Assembly: GCA_905204225.1 (NCBI GenBank)
Contig: CAJKZK010000002.1
Span: forward strand, 1 to 44,486
DNA: 44,486 nucleotides
From: an uncultured Bacillota bacterium
GTDB taxonomy: Bacteria; Bacillota_I; Bacilli_A; RFN20; CAG-449
Reading direction: 5' to 3'
In this document: positions 9,410 through 18,674 of the stretch, piece by piece
Position numbering within the stretch: position 1 is the stretch's first letter
How the letters are laid out: every line of letters begins with the position of its first letter
Notes under the pieces: model-generated
The model's input: only the letters and a program-made list of their open reading frames with translations
The model's database searches: none
Told to the model about the DNA's origin: nothing
Translations under genes and position numbers: made by a program

Positions 9410-9494
9410 TCACAAAATTTATCTATACTAGCTTACTTTAAGAAAAGAATTAAATTCAATTAATGAACTTTAGAGTTAATAACTTTAGAGTTCA

Positions 9495-10847
9495 TTAAAA
9501 GCAAAATGTCATATAAGGAGGTATTTTAATATTTTTTCCTTCAATAGAAAATTGTTTAGGGTGAATAATAATAGAATAATCTATTCTTTTAGAAAATTTT
9601 TCTTTAAATTTATCAAAAGAAACTTTAGTATAATTTTTTGATGATTTTACTTCAACAGGGATAACTTTCAAATTAGTTTTACTTCCATTAGATAAAAGAA
9701 AATCTATTTCTATATCATTTCTATGTTTTTCTTCAGAATAATGAGTATAAAAATATAATTTATTCTCTTTACTAACAAGTTCTTGGGCAACTACATTTTC
9801 AAATAACATTCCTTTATTTAAAGAACTTTTACCATTAATAATATTTTTATACAAATTGCCAGAAGCGATTTCTTTTTTAGAAAAAGCTAAACTAAATAAC
9901 AATCCTGTATCGCAAAAATAACATTTAACAGCTGAATCATCTTTATTAAGTGCAAACCCAACATTAGGATCTAAACATTTATAGCACAACAAACACATCA
10001 TAGAATCATCAAGCCAAAATAATGCATTGTCAAAATAATCTATCCTCTTATTTGATTTATTAAAAGAAATTTTTTTCTCATGTGTAGAAAGATAATTAGG
10101 TATATTATCAAATAAAGAAGCAACTTTAAGTCTATATTTCTTTTCTGCTTTTTTTATATCATCTCTATATAAAGATAAAATTTGTCTTTTAGCATTATCA
10201 CATTCTTCAAAATCACGATTATTTTCAAAATATTTAACCACACTTTGAGGCATTCCACCTACTAAAATATATTCATTAAATAAACGCATTGCTTTTTTAT
10301 GAAATTCGTTTTTTAAAGATATTTTTTTATCGAAACAATCTTTTATATAATCTAATAATATATCTTCATTAGCCGCAACTAAAAATTCTTCAAAATCTAA
10401 TGGATACATTTTTATTTTTTCTTCTTCAGATGGGATAACAATATTTTCGACATTCTCTTTTATTGAAATTAACGAACCTGTTTCAATATAATCATATCTA
10501 CCATCTTTTACTAAATATTTTATCATTTCTCGTGCTTTAGGAAATCTTTGAACTTCATCAAAAATAATTAATGATTCTTTATTATATAACCTTACATTAT
10601 ATTCTAAAGAAATATCTTGAAATAAAATGTCTAACTTATTTGCGTTTTCATTAAAACTATCTTTTATCTTCTTAGGGACAATAGCAAAATCAATAATAAC
10701 ATAAGATTTATAATTCTCTTTGGCAAATTTTTCTGCAATAGTGGATTTTCCAATTCTTCTTGCACCTTCTATTAATAAAGCTGTTTGGCCACGTGAAGTA
10801 TTTTTCCAAGATAAAATTTTTTCATAAATTTTTCTTTTTAGTTCCAT
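9495..10847 (-). CDS. AAA ATPase with C-terminal PD-(D/E)xK-like nuclease fold (AAA_14/DUF4143-type)
   Basis: Walker A GARRIGKST and Walker B LIIFDEVQ. The C-terminus has DIEIDFLL...IPVEVKSSKNY, i.e. a D...ExK motif. The preferred start is ATG 10847 (MELKRKIYE) with AAGGAG upstream. The track N-terminal extension runs through the tandem repeat. Confidence 0.75.
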   Translation of the reverse strand: MELKRKIYEKILSWKNTSRGQTALLIEGARRIGKSTIAEKFAKENYKSYVIIDFAIVPKKIKDSFNENANKLDILFQDISLEYNVRLYNKESLIIFDEVQRFPKAREMIKYLVKDGRYDYIETGSLISIKENVENIVIPSEEEKIKMYPLDFEEFLVAANEDILLDYIKDCFDKKISLKNEFHKKAMRLFNEYILVGGMPQSVVKYFENNRDFEECDNAKRQILSLYRDDIKKAEKKYRLKVASLFDNIPNYLSTHEKKISFNKSNKRIDYFDNALFWLDDSMMCLLCYKCLDPNVGFALNKDDSAVKCYFCDTGLLFSLAFSKKEIASGNLYKNIINGKSSLNKGMLFENVVAQELVSKENKLYFYTHYSEEKHRNDIEIDFLLSNGSKTNLKVIPVEVKSSKNYTKVSFDKFKEKFSKRIDYSIIIHPKQFSIEGKNIKIPPYMTFCF

Positions 10848-10914
10848 TTTTAAAGCTCCTTTACACAATATTAATATATCACAAAATGCAAAATACGCAA
10901 AGTAATTATTTGGC

Positions 10915-11011
10915 AAAATATACAAAAAGCGCAAAGTAACAAGTGTTTAAAATATACAAAAAGCGCAAAGTAACAAGTGTTTAAAATATACAAAATACGC
11001 AAAGTAAATTT
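10915..11011. repeat. 34-bp tandem direct repeat: two perfect copies (10915-10948, 10949-10982) and a degenerate third (10983-11011). A related core lies at 10881-10910.
   Basis: Unit: AAAATATACAAAAAGCGCAAAGTAACAAGTGTTT. The shared core CAAAA(A/T)(A/G)CGCAAAGTAA occurs 4 times. The array fills the rsmA-to-ATPase intergenic space. Confidence 0.9.
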
Positions 11012-11825
11012 ATAAATTAATAATACAATTTAATAAATTAAGATAATCATTTAATGATAATTCTTCAGGTCTAGCAGTTTTATTAATATTAATTTTTGAA
11101 AAAATATCATACATTTGATCTTTATCTTTAAAATATGATTTTAAATTATTAGCTAATGTTTTTCTTCTCATCAAGAAAGCATTATTTAATAAATTATATA
11201 ATTTCTTTTCATAATCATAATTTCTATTTTTATTAAATGTTAATTTCATAACTACTGAATCAACATTTGGCGATGGTAAAAATTTATCTCTAGTTACTTT
11301 ACATACAATTTCTAATTTACCTAAATAAGAAAGCATAATTGGTAAAGGTCCATAATCTTTATTACCTTTTTTTGCACTTATTCTTTGACCAGCTTCTTTT
11401 TGTAACATAAAAACAAAACTATCTATATTTAATTTACTTTTTATTACTTTTTCTATAATTGGTGTTGTTAAACTATATGGTATATTTGAAATAAAAGAAA
11501 CTTCTTGATTATAATTTAATTCTTGTTTTAAGAAATCTCCTTCAATTATATGAAAATTAGATTTATTAGCAAAATAATTATTTAAATGTTCTACCATAGT
11601 TTTATCAATTTCATAAGCATATACTTCTTTATTTAAATTAATTAATTCTTCTGTAAGTGCTCCTAAACCTGGACCTATTTCAATAATAGTTTTAATATCA
11701 TTTAAAGCTAAACATGATTTTTTTACTGTTTCAAAATCTGTCAAAAAATTTTGTGAATATTTCTTTTTAGGATTAGCTAATAAACTAACCATAGTTTTAA
11801 TAACATATTCTCTACTTGCAATCAT
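11010..11825 (-). CDS. rsmA: 16S rRNA (adenine1518/1519-N6)-dimethyltransferase
   Basis: Motifs SQNFL, IIEIGPGLGALTEEL and ISNIPYSLTTPII. ATG 11825 has AAGGAG 7-8 nt upstream; the track start at 11831 is TTG. Confidence 0.9.
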   Translation of the reverse strand: MIASREYVIKTMVSLLANPKKKYSQNFLTDFETVKKSCLALNDIKTIIEIGPGLGALTEELINLNKEVYAYEIDKTMVEHLNNYFANKSNFHIIEGDFLKQELNYNQEVSFISNIPYSLTTPIIEKVIKSKLNIDSFVFMLQKEAGQRISAKKGNKDYGPLPIMLSYLGKLEIVCKVTRDKFLPSPNVDSVVMKLTFNKNRNYDYEKKLYNLLNNAFLMRRKTLANNLKSYFKDKDQMYDIFSKININKTARPEELSLNDYLNLLNCIINL

Positions 11826-12339
11826 TAACAATCTCCTTTAATTCATCTAAAGATATATTTAACATATTAATTCTTTTTAAAATTGTTTTACTATTTCCAT
11901 AACCTAAAGATAATTTTTTACTGACTTTTTCTCTTAATAAAGAAGAATTTTTATCTCCACTTAATCCTAATGATATAAAATCTTGCATAGAAATATTATC
12001 TTTTTCTTCACCTAAATAAACATAATCTTTTAAAGCTTTTAATATTTCTTCTTTTTCACATTCTGCTATACCTAATTTTTTACCATTACTAGCTTTTGTT
12101 CTATCGACAAAAGCATGATAAACATTTTTTATTCTATTAGATATTTTATTTCTAATTTGTAAGCCTGGATAATCTGGATCAGTAAAAATAATTACTTTTC
12201 TAGTATGAGATAATTCTTCAATATAATTTATAGTGTCTTCACTAATAGCCGATCCATTACAAATAACAAAATCTGCATTAATCAAATTTTGTAATCTTTG
12301 TACATCTGTTTTGCCTTCTACAACAATAACTGGTTTCAT
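11812..12339 (-). CDS. rnmV: Ribonuclease M5 (Toprim domain)
   Basis: VIVVEGKTDVQRLQNL...VIIFTDPDYPGLQIRNKI...HAFV...LGIAECEKEEILKAL. It sits in the conserved tatD-rnmV-ksgA context. Confidence 0.85.
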   Translation of the reverse strand: MKPVIVVEGKTDVQRLQNLINADFVICNGSAISEDTINYIEELSHTRKVIIFTDPDYPGLQIRNKISNRIKNVYHAFVDRTKASNGKKLGIAECEKEEILKALKDYVYLGEEKDNISMQDFISLGLSGDKNSSLLREKVSKKLSLGYGNSKTILKRINMLNISLDELKEIVNDCK

Positions 12340-13109
12340 ATAGAAAAGAATTTCCTTCCATTTTCATAACATATTTTAGTTAATTCATCATAAGAAATTC
12401 CTTTTAATAAAGCTATTTGTTGAGCAATATATATTATTTCACTAGGATCATTTCTTTTTCCTCTATGAGGAGTAGGAGTTAAATAAGGTGAATCAGTTTC
12501 CAATAATAATTTATCAAGAGGTACAACACTTGCAATATGTTTAGGATTAGAAGCGTTTTTATAAGTAACTGGTCCATCTAAACCAATATAATAACCTCTT
12601 TTTAAAATAATATTTAATATTTCTTCACTATAAGAAAAACAATGAAAAACACATCCATATAAAGGTTTAATTTCATTTAAAATATTAAGGCTATCTTCAC
12701 ATGCATCGCGAGAATGAACAATAATAGGTAATTTTAATTCATTAGCTAATTCTACTTGTTTTTTAAACCACAATCTTTGTTTTTCTCTATCATTATCTTC
12801 TTTATAATAAAAATAATCTAATCCTATTTCACCGATAGCTTTTATTTTAGAATTACTTTTTACTAAATCTTTTAAAATATTTAAACTTTCTTCTAATGAT
12901 AAAGAAGTTATTTCTTCTGGATGTACCCCTACTGCACAATAAATAAATTCATATTCATTAGCTAAATCAATAGCTTTATATGAATTAACAATATTATCAC
13001 TAGGTACCATAAATAATTTAACATTATTATTTAATGAATTATTTATTACTTGCTTTAAATCATCTTTAAAAGCATCATCATATAAATGGCAATGAGTATC
13101 AAAAATCAT
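12336..13109 (-). CDS. tatD: TatD family metal-dependent hydrolase
   Basis: IFDTHCHL, GEIGLDY, IVHSRDA, ETDSPYL. Confidence 0.9.
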   Translation of the reverse strand: MIFDTHCHLYDDAFKDDLKQVINNSLNNNVKLFMVPSDNIVNSYKAIDLANEYEFIYCAVGVHPEEITSLSLEESLNILKDLVKSNSKIKAIGEIGLDYFYYKEDNDREKQRLWFKKQVELANELKLPIIVHSRDACEDSLNILNEIKPLYGCVFHCFSYSEEILNIILKRGYYIGLDGPVTYKNASNPKHIASVVPLDKLLLETDSPYLTPTPHRGKRNDPSEIIYIAQQIALLKGISYDELTKICYENGRKFFSI

Positions 13110-13110
13110 T

Positions 13111-14430
13111 TTATTTACCTACACAAAATCTTGAAAATATTTCTTCAGATAAATCAGTATTAACACTTAACCCAACTATTTCTTTTAAAGCATCATAAGC
13201 TTCTTTAATAGAAACGCTGATTAAATCTATTGATAAATTATTTAAAGCATCTTCATTTGCTTTTATTAAATTATCTCTTGCTTTATTTAATAAACCAATT
13301 TGTCTAGAAGAACATAAAGAAGGAGTAATATCTTTACTTGTTAAATTAAATAAATTTAAGATTTTATTTTTTAAAGGAGTAATATCTTTATTTAAAGCAG
13401 AAATATATAATTTATCATCATCTTTATGATTTATTAAATCTGCTTTATTATAAACAATTAAATAATTCTTATCTTTAATTTTAGATAATATTTCTTTTTC
13501 TTCATCATTCATTTCTCTACTTGCATCACAAACCATAATTACCAAATCTGCTTCTTCAATACTTTTAGTAGATTTTTCAATACCAATTTGTTCAACTTTA
13601 TTATTTGATTCTCTAATACCGGCTGTATCAAGTAAATGTAAAGGTAATCCATTTAAATTAATATTTCCTTCAACTATATCTCTAGTGGTACCAGGAATAT
13701 CTGTAACAATTGCTTTTTCTTGATTTAAAAAAGCATTTAATAAAGAAGATTTACCAGTATTAGGTAATCCCACTAAAGCGACTTTTATGCCACTTATAAT
13801 ATATTGAGATTTTTTAGATTGATTTAATAATTTATCTATTTCATTACTAATTAAAGTACATTCTTTTTTAACTTTATCAAAAGTTACTTCTTCAATATCT
13901 AAATATTCTGGATAATCAATATTTACTTCAATATTTGAAAGAATATCTGCTAATTTATCAATTAATGGTTTAATCAATTTAGATGTATCACCTTCTAGAG
14001 AATATAGAGCTAATTTTTTAGCTTCAATAGAAGTTGCTTCTACCATAGACATAATTGCTTCAGCTTGAATTAAATCAATTTTATTATTGTAATAAGCTCT
14101 TGAAGAAAATTCTCCTCTTTGTGCTAATCTAGCTCCTTTAGAAATAATTAATGATATTACTTCATTAGCAATTAACATTGAACCATGAACAGATATTTCA
14201 ATAACGTCTTCACCAGTAAATGATTTAGGACCTTTATAATAAATTAGTACAACTTCATCAATAATTTCATTATTATTAACAAGTTTACCAACATAAGCAT
14301 AATTTGGTTTTTCTATTTTTCTTGAAAATATATTTTGAGCAATTTCTAATGAATTATCACCAGATAATCTTATAACTGCTACTGCTGCATTAATAGGTGC
14401 AGTAATTAAACTAACTATTGTATTATTCAT
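13111..14430 (-). CDS. mnmE: tRNA uridine-5-carboxymethylaminomethyl modification GTPase
   Basis: GLPNTGKSSLLNAF, DIPGTTRD, DTAGIR, NKADL, and a C-terminal CVGK. AGGAGG lies upstream of the ATG. Confidence 0.92.
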   Translation of the reverse strand: MNNTIVSLITAPINAAVAVIRLSGDNSLEIAQNIFSRKIEKPNYAYVGKLVNNNEIIDEVVLIYYKGPKSFTGEDVIEISVHGSMLIANEVISLIISKGARLAQRGEFSSRAYYNNKIDLIQAEAIMSMVEATSIEAKKLALYSLEGDTSKLIKPLIDKLADILSNIEVNIDYPEYLDIEEVTFDKVKKECTLISNEIDKLLNQSKKSQYIISGIKVALVGLPNTGKSSLLNAFLNQEKAIVTDIPGTTRDIVEGNINLNGLPLHLLDTAGIRESNNKVEQIGIEKSTKSIEEADLVIMVCDASREMNDEEKEILSKIKDKNYLIVYNKADLINHKDDDKLYISALNKDITPLKNKILNLFNLTSKDITPSLCSSRQIGLLNKARDNLIKANEDALNNLSIDLISVSIKEAYDALKEIVGLSVNTDLSEEIFSRFCVGK

Positions 14431-15670
14431 CTATTCCTCCTAAAGAAAATAAATCATTATAGAAATTAGGATATGATTTATTTACACATTCACTATTTAA
14501 AATAGTACATTTACCATGATTAATCACACTAAAAATACTTAAAGCCATTGCAATACGATGATCATTATGACTATTAAAAACATAATCACCATTATAACTA
14601 GCTTTCCCATTAATAATAACATTATCATCCATATAAGCAATATCAACATTAGCTTTTTTTAATTCATTAATCATATTTAATAAACGATTAGATTCTTTAT
14701 ATTCTAAACGATGAACATTTTTTATTATGCTTTTACCATAACAAAAAGCACATAAAACAAATATAATTGGTCCTAAATCAATAATATCTTTTAAATCTAT
14801 TTCTATACCTCTTAATAATGATTCATAAAAAGTTGCATTATCTAATGAAAAATCTATTTTAGCTCCCATATCCATTAAAATTTCAATTATTTTTTTATCA
14901 CCTTGATAAGACATTAAATTTAAATTAGAACAATTCACATAACCTTTTAAAGAACCTAAACACGCAAAATACGCTAAAGATGAATAATCAATTTCTATTT
15001 CATAATTTAAATAATTAAATTCAGCAAAATTTTTAACTATTAAATTATCTTTAATAATAAATCTAACACCAAATTTTTTTAATACATCTAAAGTCATATC
15101 AATATAAGGTTTAGATTCAATATTATTTAATTTTATATAATGATTCTCACTTACATCACTTATTAAAAATAAATATCCAGTCACAAATTGACTAGATTTA
15201 TTACAATCTACAATAAAATCTTCACATTGTATTTTATCATTAATTTCTAAATAATTTTCACCTTTAATATAATTTATATTTTGTTTTTTAAATAATTCTT
15301 CATAAATATCTAAAGGACGAGAAAATAATTCTTTAGAGCCAACAAATTTAACTTTCTTTACATGATAACAAACAAAAGGTAACAAAAATCTTAAAGTTGA
15401 AGCTGATGAGCCTACATCAATAATAATTTCATTTGGGTAATTTTTTTCACTAGAAAAAAAAGTTATCTCATTATCATTAACATTAAATTTACCACCTAAT
15501 TTTTTTATTGCATTTAAAGTACACTTAACATCATCACAAAAATTAACATTTTTTAAACATGCACCTTTATTTGCAATAAATGCAGTAATTATTGCTCTAT
15601 GAGAATAACTTTTAGAAAATGGTAAAGTAATTTTCCCTTTAGGGATAAATTCTTTAACCACTTGATTCAT
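14423..15670 (-). CDS. aroA: 3-phosphoshikimate 1-carboxyvinyltransferase (EPSP synthase)
   Basis: LPFSKSYSHRAII, GSSASTLRFLLPF, DHRIAMALS. ATG 15670 (MNQVVKEF) lies 1 nt after the upstream stop; the track start at 15691 is TTG. Confidence 0.85.
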   Translation of the reverse strand: MNQVVKEFIPKGKITLPFSKSYSHRAIITAFIANKGACLKNVNFCDDVKCTLNAIKKLGGKFNVNDNEITFFSSEKNYPNEIIIDVGSSASTLRFLLPFVCYHVKKVKFVGSKELFSRPLDIYEELFKKQNINYIKGENYLEINDKIQCEDFIVDCNKSSQFVTGYLFLISDVSENHYIKLNNIESKPYIDMTLDVLKKFGVRFIIKDNLIVKNFAEFNYLNYEIEIDYSSLAYFACLGSLKGYVNCSNLNLMSYQGDKKIIEILMDMGAKIDFSLDNATFYESLLRGIEIDLKDIIDLGPIIFVLCAFCYGKSIIKNVHRLEYKESNRLLNMINELKKANVDIAYMDDNVIINGKASYNGDYVFNSHNDHRIAMALSIFSVINHGKCTILNSECVNKSYPNFYNDLFSLGGIDE

Positions 15671-15671
15671 T

Positions 15672-16691
15672 TTAATAAATATCCCTTCCAACAGCTTTTG
15701 CTACTAATCTTGCTTTTTCAACAATTTTATTATATTCAGCAAAATTAACACATTGAGCACCATCAGACCAAGCAAATTGTGGATTATTATGTACTTCTAT
15801 CATAACTCCATCTGCTCCTGCTGCTATTGCGGCTAAAGTCATTGGCTCAACTAAATCTCTTTTACCAGTACCATGAGAAGGATCAACAATAACTGGCAAA
15901 TGAGAAACTTTTTTAATATATGGTACAGCAGAAATATCAAGAGTATTTCTAGTAGCTTTAGCAAAAGTTCTTATACCTCTTTCACATAAAATAACTTTTT
16001 TATTTCCACCAACTAATATATATTCAGCTGCCATTAATAATTCTTCAATAGTAGCAGCATATCCTCTTTTTAATAAAATAGGTTTATCAATTTTACCTAA
16101 TGCTTTTAATAATTCATAATTTTGCATATTTCTAGCACCAACTTGAATTATATCTACATTTTTAACAAAATCATCCAATTGATCAGTTGATAAAATTTCA
16201 CTTACAATTGGCATTTTTACAATTTTTCTTACTTTAGCTAAATCTTCTAAACCTTTTTCTCTTAAACCTTGGAATGAATATGGAGAAGTTCTTGCTTTAT
16301 ATGCTCCACCTCTAAATATAGTACCACCAGCTTCTTTTACTCCTTGAGCAATTTCAATTGCAGTCTCTTCACTTTCAATTGAGCATGGTCCACCTATCAT
16401 AACTATTTTTTCATGCTGCCCTATTTTTATTCCACATACATCAATAACTGTATCTTCTTTTTGATAATCTCTTGAGACCAATTTATATGGATGAGTTAAT
16501 CTTTTAATATCACTAACACAATCAAAAGATCTAATTGCATTATCATCAAGTAATGATGTATCTCCAATAACAATAGCAATTCTCATATTGTTACCTTGAG
16601 CAATTTCTAACATTAAATTTTTTGATTGAACATAGTCTTCTAAAGCTTTAATTGTACTTTCAGAAGCATTTTCTTTAATTGTAATAATCAT
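15672..16691 (-). CDS. aroF: 3-deoxy-7-phosphoheptulonate (DAHP) synthase, type I-beta, with an N-terminal regulatory-like domain
   Basis: GGPCSIESEE, GAYKARTSPYSFQGL, DPSHGTG. An extra domain of about 70 aa lies at the N-terminus. Confidence 0.85.
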   Translation of the reverse strand: MIITIKENASESTIKALEDYVQSKNLMLEIAQGNNMRIAIVIGDTSLLDDNAIRSFDCVSDIKRLTHPYKLVSRDYQKEDTVIDVCGIKIGQHEKIVMIGGPCSIESEETAIEIAQGVKEAGGTIFRGGAYKARTSPYSFQGLREKGLEDLAKVRKIVKMPIVSEILSTDQLDDFVKNVDIIQVGARNMQNYELLKALGKIDKPILLKRGYAATIEELLMAAEYILVGGNKKVILCERGIRTFAKATRNTLDISAVPYIKKVSHLPVIVDPSHGTGKRDLVEPMTLAAIAAGADGVMIEVHNNPQFAWSDGAQCVNFAEYNKIVEKARLVAKAVGRDIY

Positions 16692-16693
16692 AT

Positions 16694-17134
16694 TTACTTC
16701 TCCTTAATTTTCTTTATCATTTCATTAATTGCTATATGATATCCTTCTATTCCTTGGCCAATAATAGATTCAAAACAATAATCTCTTATGTAAGATTTTT
16801 TTCTAAATTCTTCTCTATTATTAATATCACTTATATGCACTTCTATTGTAGGTAAATCAGTAGCTTTCAAAGCATCTAAAATAGCAATAGATGTGTGAGT
16901 ATAAGCGCCAGGATTAATAATAATTCCTTCATAATTACAAAAATAAGCTTCTTGTATTTTATCAACTAAATCACCTTCATGATTAGATTGATAAATTTCA
17001 CATTCCACATTCTTTTCTTTACACCAAGAATAAATTAATTCAACTAATTTATCATATAAAACAACACCATAAATATTTTTTTCCCTTATTCCTAACATAT
17101 TTAAATTAGGTCCATTAATTATCATTAATTTCAT
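16694..17134 (-). CDS. aroQ: Type II 3-dehydroquinate dehydratase
   Basis: MKLMIINGPNLNMLGIRE...NPGAYTHTSIAILDAL...IEVHISDI. ATG 17134 has GGAGAG upstream. Confidence 0.88.
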   Translation of the reverse strand: MKLMIINGPNLNMLGIREKNIYGVVLYDKLVELIYSWCKEKNVECEIYQSNHEGDLVDKIQEAYFCNYEGIIINPGAYTHTSIAILDALKATDLPTIEVHISDINNREEFRKKSYIRDYCFESIIGQGIEGYHIAINEMIKKIKEK

Positions 17135-17179
17135 AAAGGCTCTCCAATACATAATTATTTCAATAATTATTGCATTTAT

Positions 17180-17209
17180 ATTTTAATACAAATTAACATT
17201 TAATTTCAA
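17180..17209 (-). promoter_or_regulatory. Candidate sigma-70 promoter of the aro-mnmE-rsmA operon (TTGAAA-18-TAAAAT)
   Basis: -35 at 17204-17209 and -10 at 17180-17185, read on the minus strand. The AT-rich background makes chance matches likely. Confidence 0.3.
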
Positions 17210-17302
17210 TGTTATATATATTAATTTATAATGAAAACTCAAATATATATTAAATTTTAAAATATAATCATATAAATACATTTAGATTATATTATTAAAT
17301 AT

Positions 17303-17345
17303 AAAGTTAACAACATTTACAATTATGTTATTTATTTATTAAATC
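17303..17345. repeat. Direct repeat copy A (43 bp) overlapping the 3' end of the HipA-like gene
   Basis: AAAGTTAACAACATTTACAATTATGTTATTTATTTATTAAATC. It matches copy B at 18645-18689 with 3 substitutions and a 2-nt indel. Confidence 0.9.
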
Positions 17346-18629
17346 AATTAAAGTTTTATATCTTAATAATATATAAGAAATAATATTCTTTCTATCTACA
17401 TCAAAATTTATTTCATTCAAAACTTCTTCAATTATATCTTTGTTAATAGAAGGAAGATCAATTTCTTGATAAGCTTTTTTGATTTCTTCATTATTTTTTA
17501 TAAAAGAAACAAACATTTTTAAAAAGCCTTCATTTGTAGACAATGGTAACGTTTCTATCCTACTAATTAAACATAAATTATCATCATAATTAGGCGCTAA
17601 AGAAACAATTTTACCTGTTTTTTTATCTCTCATAATTCCACAATTTTCATTATGTCTATCAACATTATTTAAAACAACATCAAAAAAACATAATCTTAAA
17701 TAAGATAAAGCTATATCATGATTAATTTTATTTAATTCATGATAAATTGTTTTGTAATCTTCATCATCGCCAACAAGAGCAACCATCGGTTCAAAATTTT
17801 CTTTTTCAGCAAAATTTTTAGATAATATATATTTTCCATCATATTCATAATGAGCAGTTGGTAAATTTAATTTCTCAAATAATCGAGAATAAAACAATTC
17901 AGAAAATATTTCATTTCTATCGCCAACTTTATAAAGCCACCAAACACCATTATTATTTTTCCAACCTTTTTCATAACTACCGTTAGTTGTAAGTTCTGGT
18001 GTTAATATTATTTTATTTGGATAAATAGATATTAAACCTTTTAAAGATGTATCAAATAGCATGTCATTATTAAAAGCAATATCTTTATATTTTAATTTAG
18101 AATGTTTAGGTTTAAACCAATAATCATCACTAATAGAAGCCGCATAAGAACATAAAGAAATCAAATTATTATCTTTAATATTTATATTTAAAATTTTTTT
18201 TAAAATTCGTGAATTAGTTCTTCCACTATCAATTGAACGATATTTTAAAAATGGTTCTAATCTTTTAGTTCTTTTAATAATTAAAGGACATAGATCTTCA
18301 TTATAAGAAATTAAATTTCCTTGATTAAATTCAGCAACAACTTTATCTTCTTTCATTACATATCCAGTTAATTCTCTTGCTGACTTAGATAAAACAATAT
18401 CTCTATTACCATTTTTTAGAATTTCTTTTATTTGTTTTTCAATTTCTAATCTTTCTAATATTTGTTTATTTAATTCATCAAAATCTTCTCTTTTTATAAT
18501 TTTAGAACATCTTTTCCCTTGATTAGAAAATTGATGATAAAAATATGTCTTACCTTTTATATTTTTTTTATATATTCTTCCTTGAGGTAAATTATTTTTT
18601 TTATTAATTAAATCATATAAGTTTTCCAT
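17328..18629 (-). CDS. HipA-like Ser/Thr kinase domain protein (orphan toxin-like) with an unusual N-terminal extension
   Basis: The catalytic-loop-like VLNNVDRHNENCGIM and the following SLAPNYDDNL fit the HipA_C pattern (D-x-H-x-x-N then APxYD). No Shine-Dalgarno sequence is present. No adjacent HipB/XRE gene is present. Confidence 0.65.
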   Translation of the reverse strand: MENLYDLINKKNNLPQGRIYKKNIKGKTYFYHQFSNQGKRCSKIIKREDFDELNKQILERLEIEKQIKEILKNGNRDIVLSKSARELTGYVMKEDKVVAEFNQGNLISYNEDLCPLIIKRTKRLEPFLKYRSIDSGRTNSRILKKILNINIKDNNLISLCSYAASISDDYWFKPKHSKLKYKDIAFNNDMLFDTSLKGLISIYPNKIILTPELTTNGSYEKGWKNNNGVWWLYKVGDRNEIFSELFYSRLFEKLNLPTAHYEYDGKYILSKNFAEKENFEPMVALVGDDEDYKTIYHELNKINHDIALSYLRLCFFDVVLNNVDRHNENCGIMRDKKTGKIVSLAPNYDDNLCLISRIETLPLSTNEGFLKMFVSFIKNNEEIKKAYQEIDLPSINKDIIEEVLNEINFDVDRKNIISYILLRYKTLIDLINK

Positions 18630-18635
18630 ATTTTA

Positions 18636-18674
18636 ATCTTAGCAAAAGTTAACAACATTTACAAGTATGTTGTT
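18636..18674 (-). promoter_or_regulatory. Candidate promoter TTGTAA-17-TAAGAT placed for a leaderless HipA-like mRNA, embedded in the palindrome AACAACAT-N8-ATGTTGTT
   Basis: -35 at 18659-18664, -10 at 18636-18641, and the ATG begins 7 nt after the -10. Palindrome arms are 18651-18658 and 18667-18674. Confidence 0.4.

Noticed and set aside
9462-9496. Hairpin AATGAACT-N19-AGTTCATT, with the internal direct repeat AACTTTAGAGTT x2, as a terminator for the ATPase gene
   Set aside because: The loop is large, the stem is AT-rich and no T-tract follows. It is noted as a structure only.
10848-10934. N-terminal extensions of several track ORFs. Examples are 10934, 9185, 15691, 11831, 27264 and 3097 (TTG/GTG starts), and 5108, 6710, 17152, 20814, 40489 and 40467.
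   Set aside because: In each case a downstream ATG has a proper Shine-Dalgarno sequence and gives the expected family N-terminus or signal peptide. The extensions would overlap upstream genes, repeats or promoters.
10915-11011. CRISPR array
   Set aside because: The 34-bp units are directly abutting with no spacers. There are only 2-3 copies and no cas genes.
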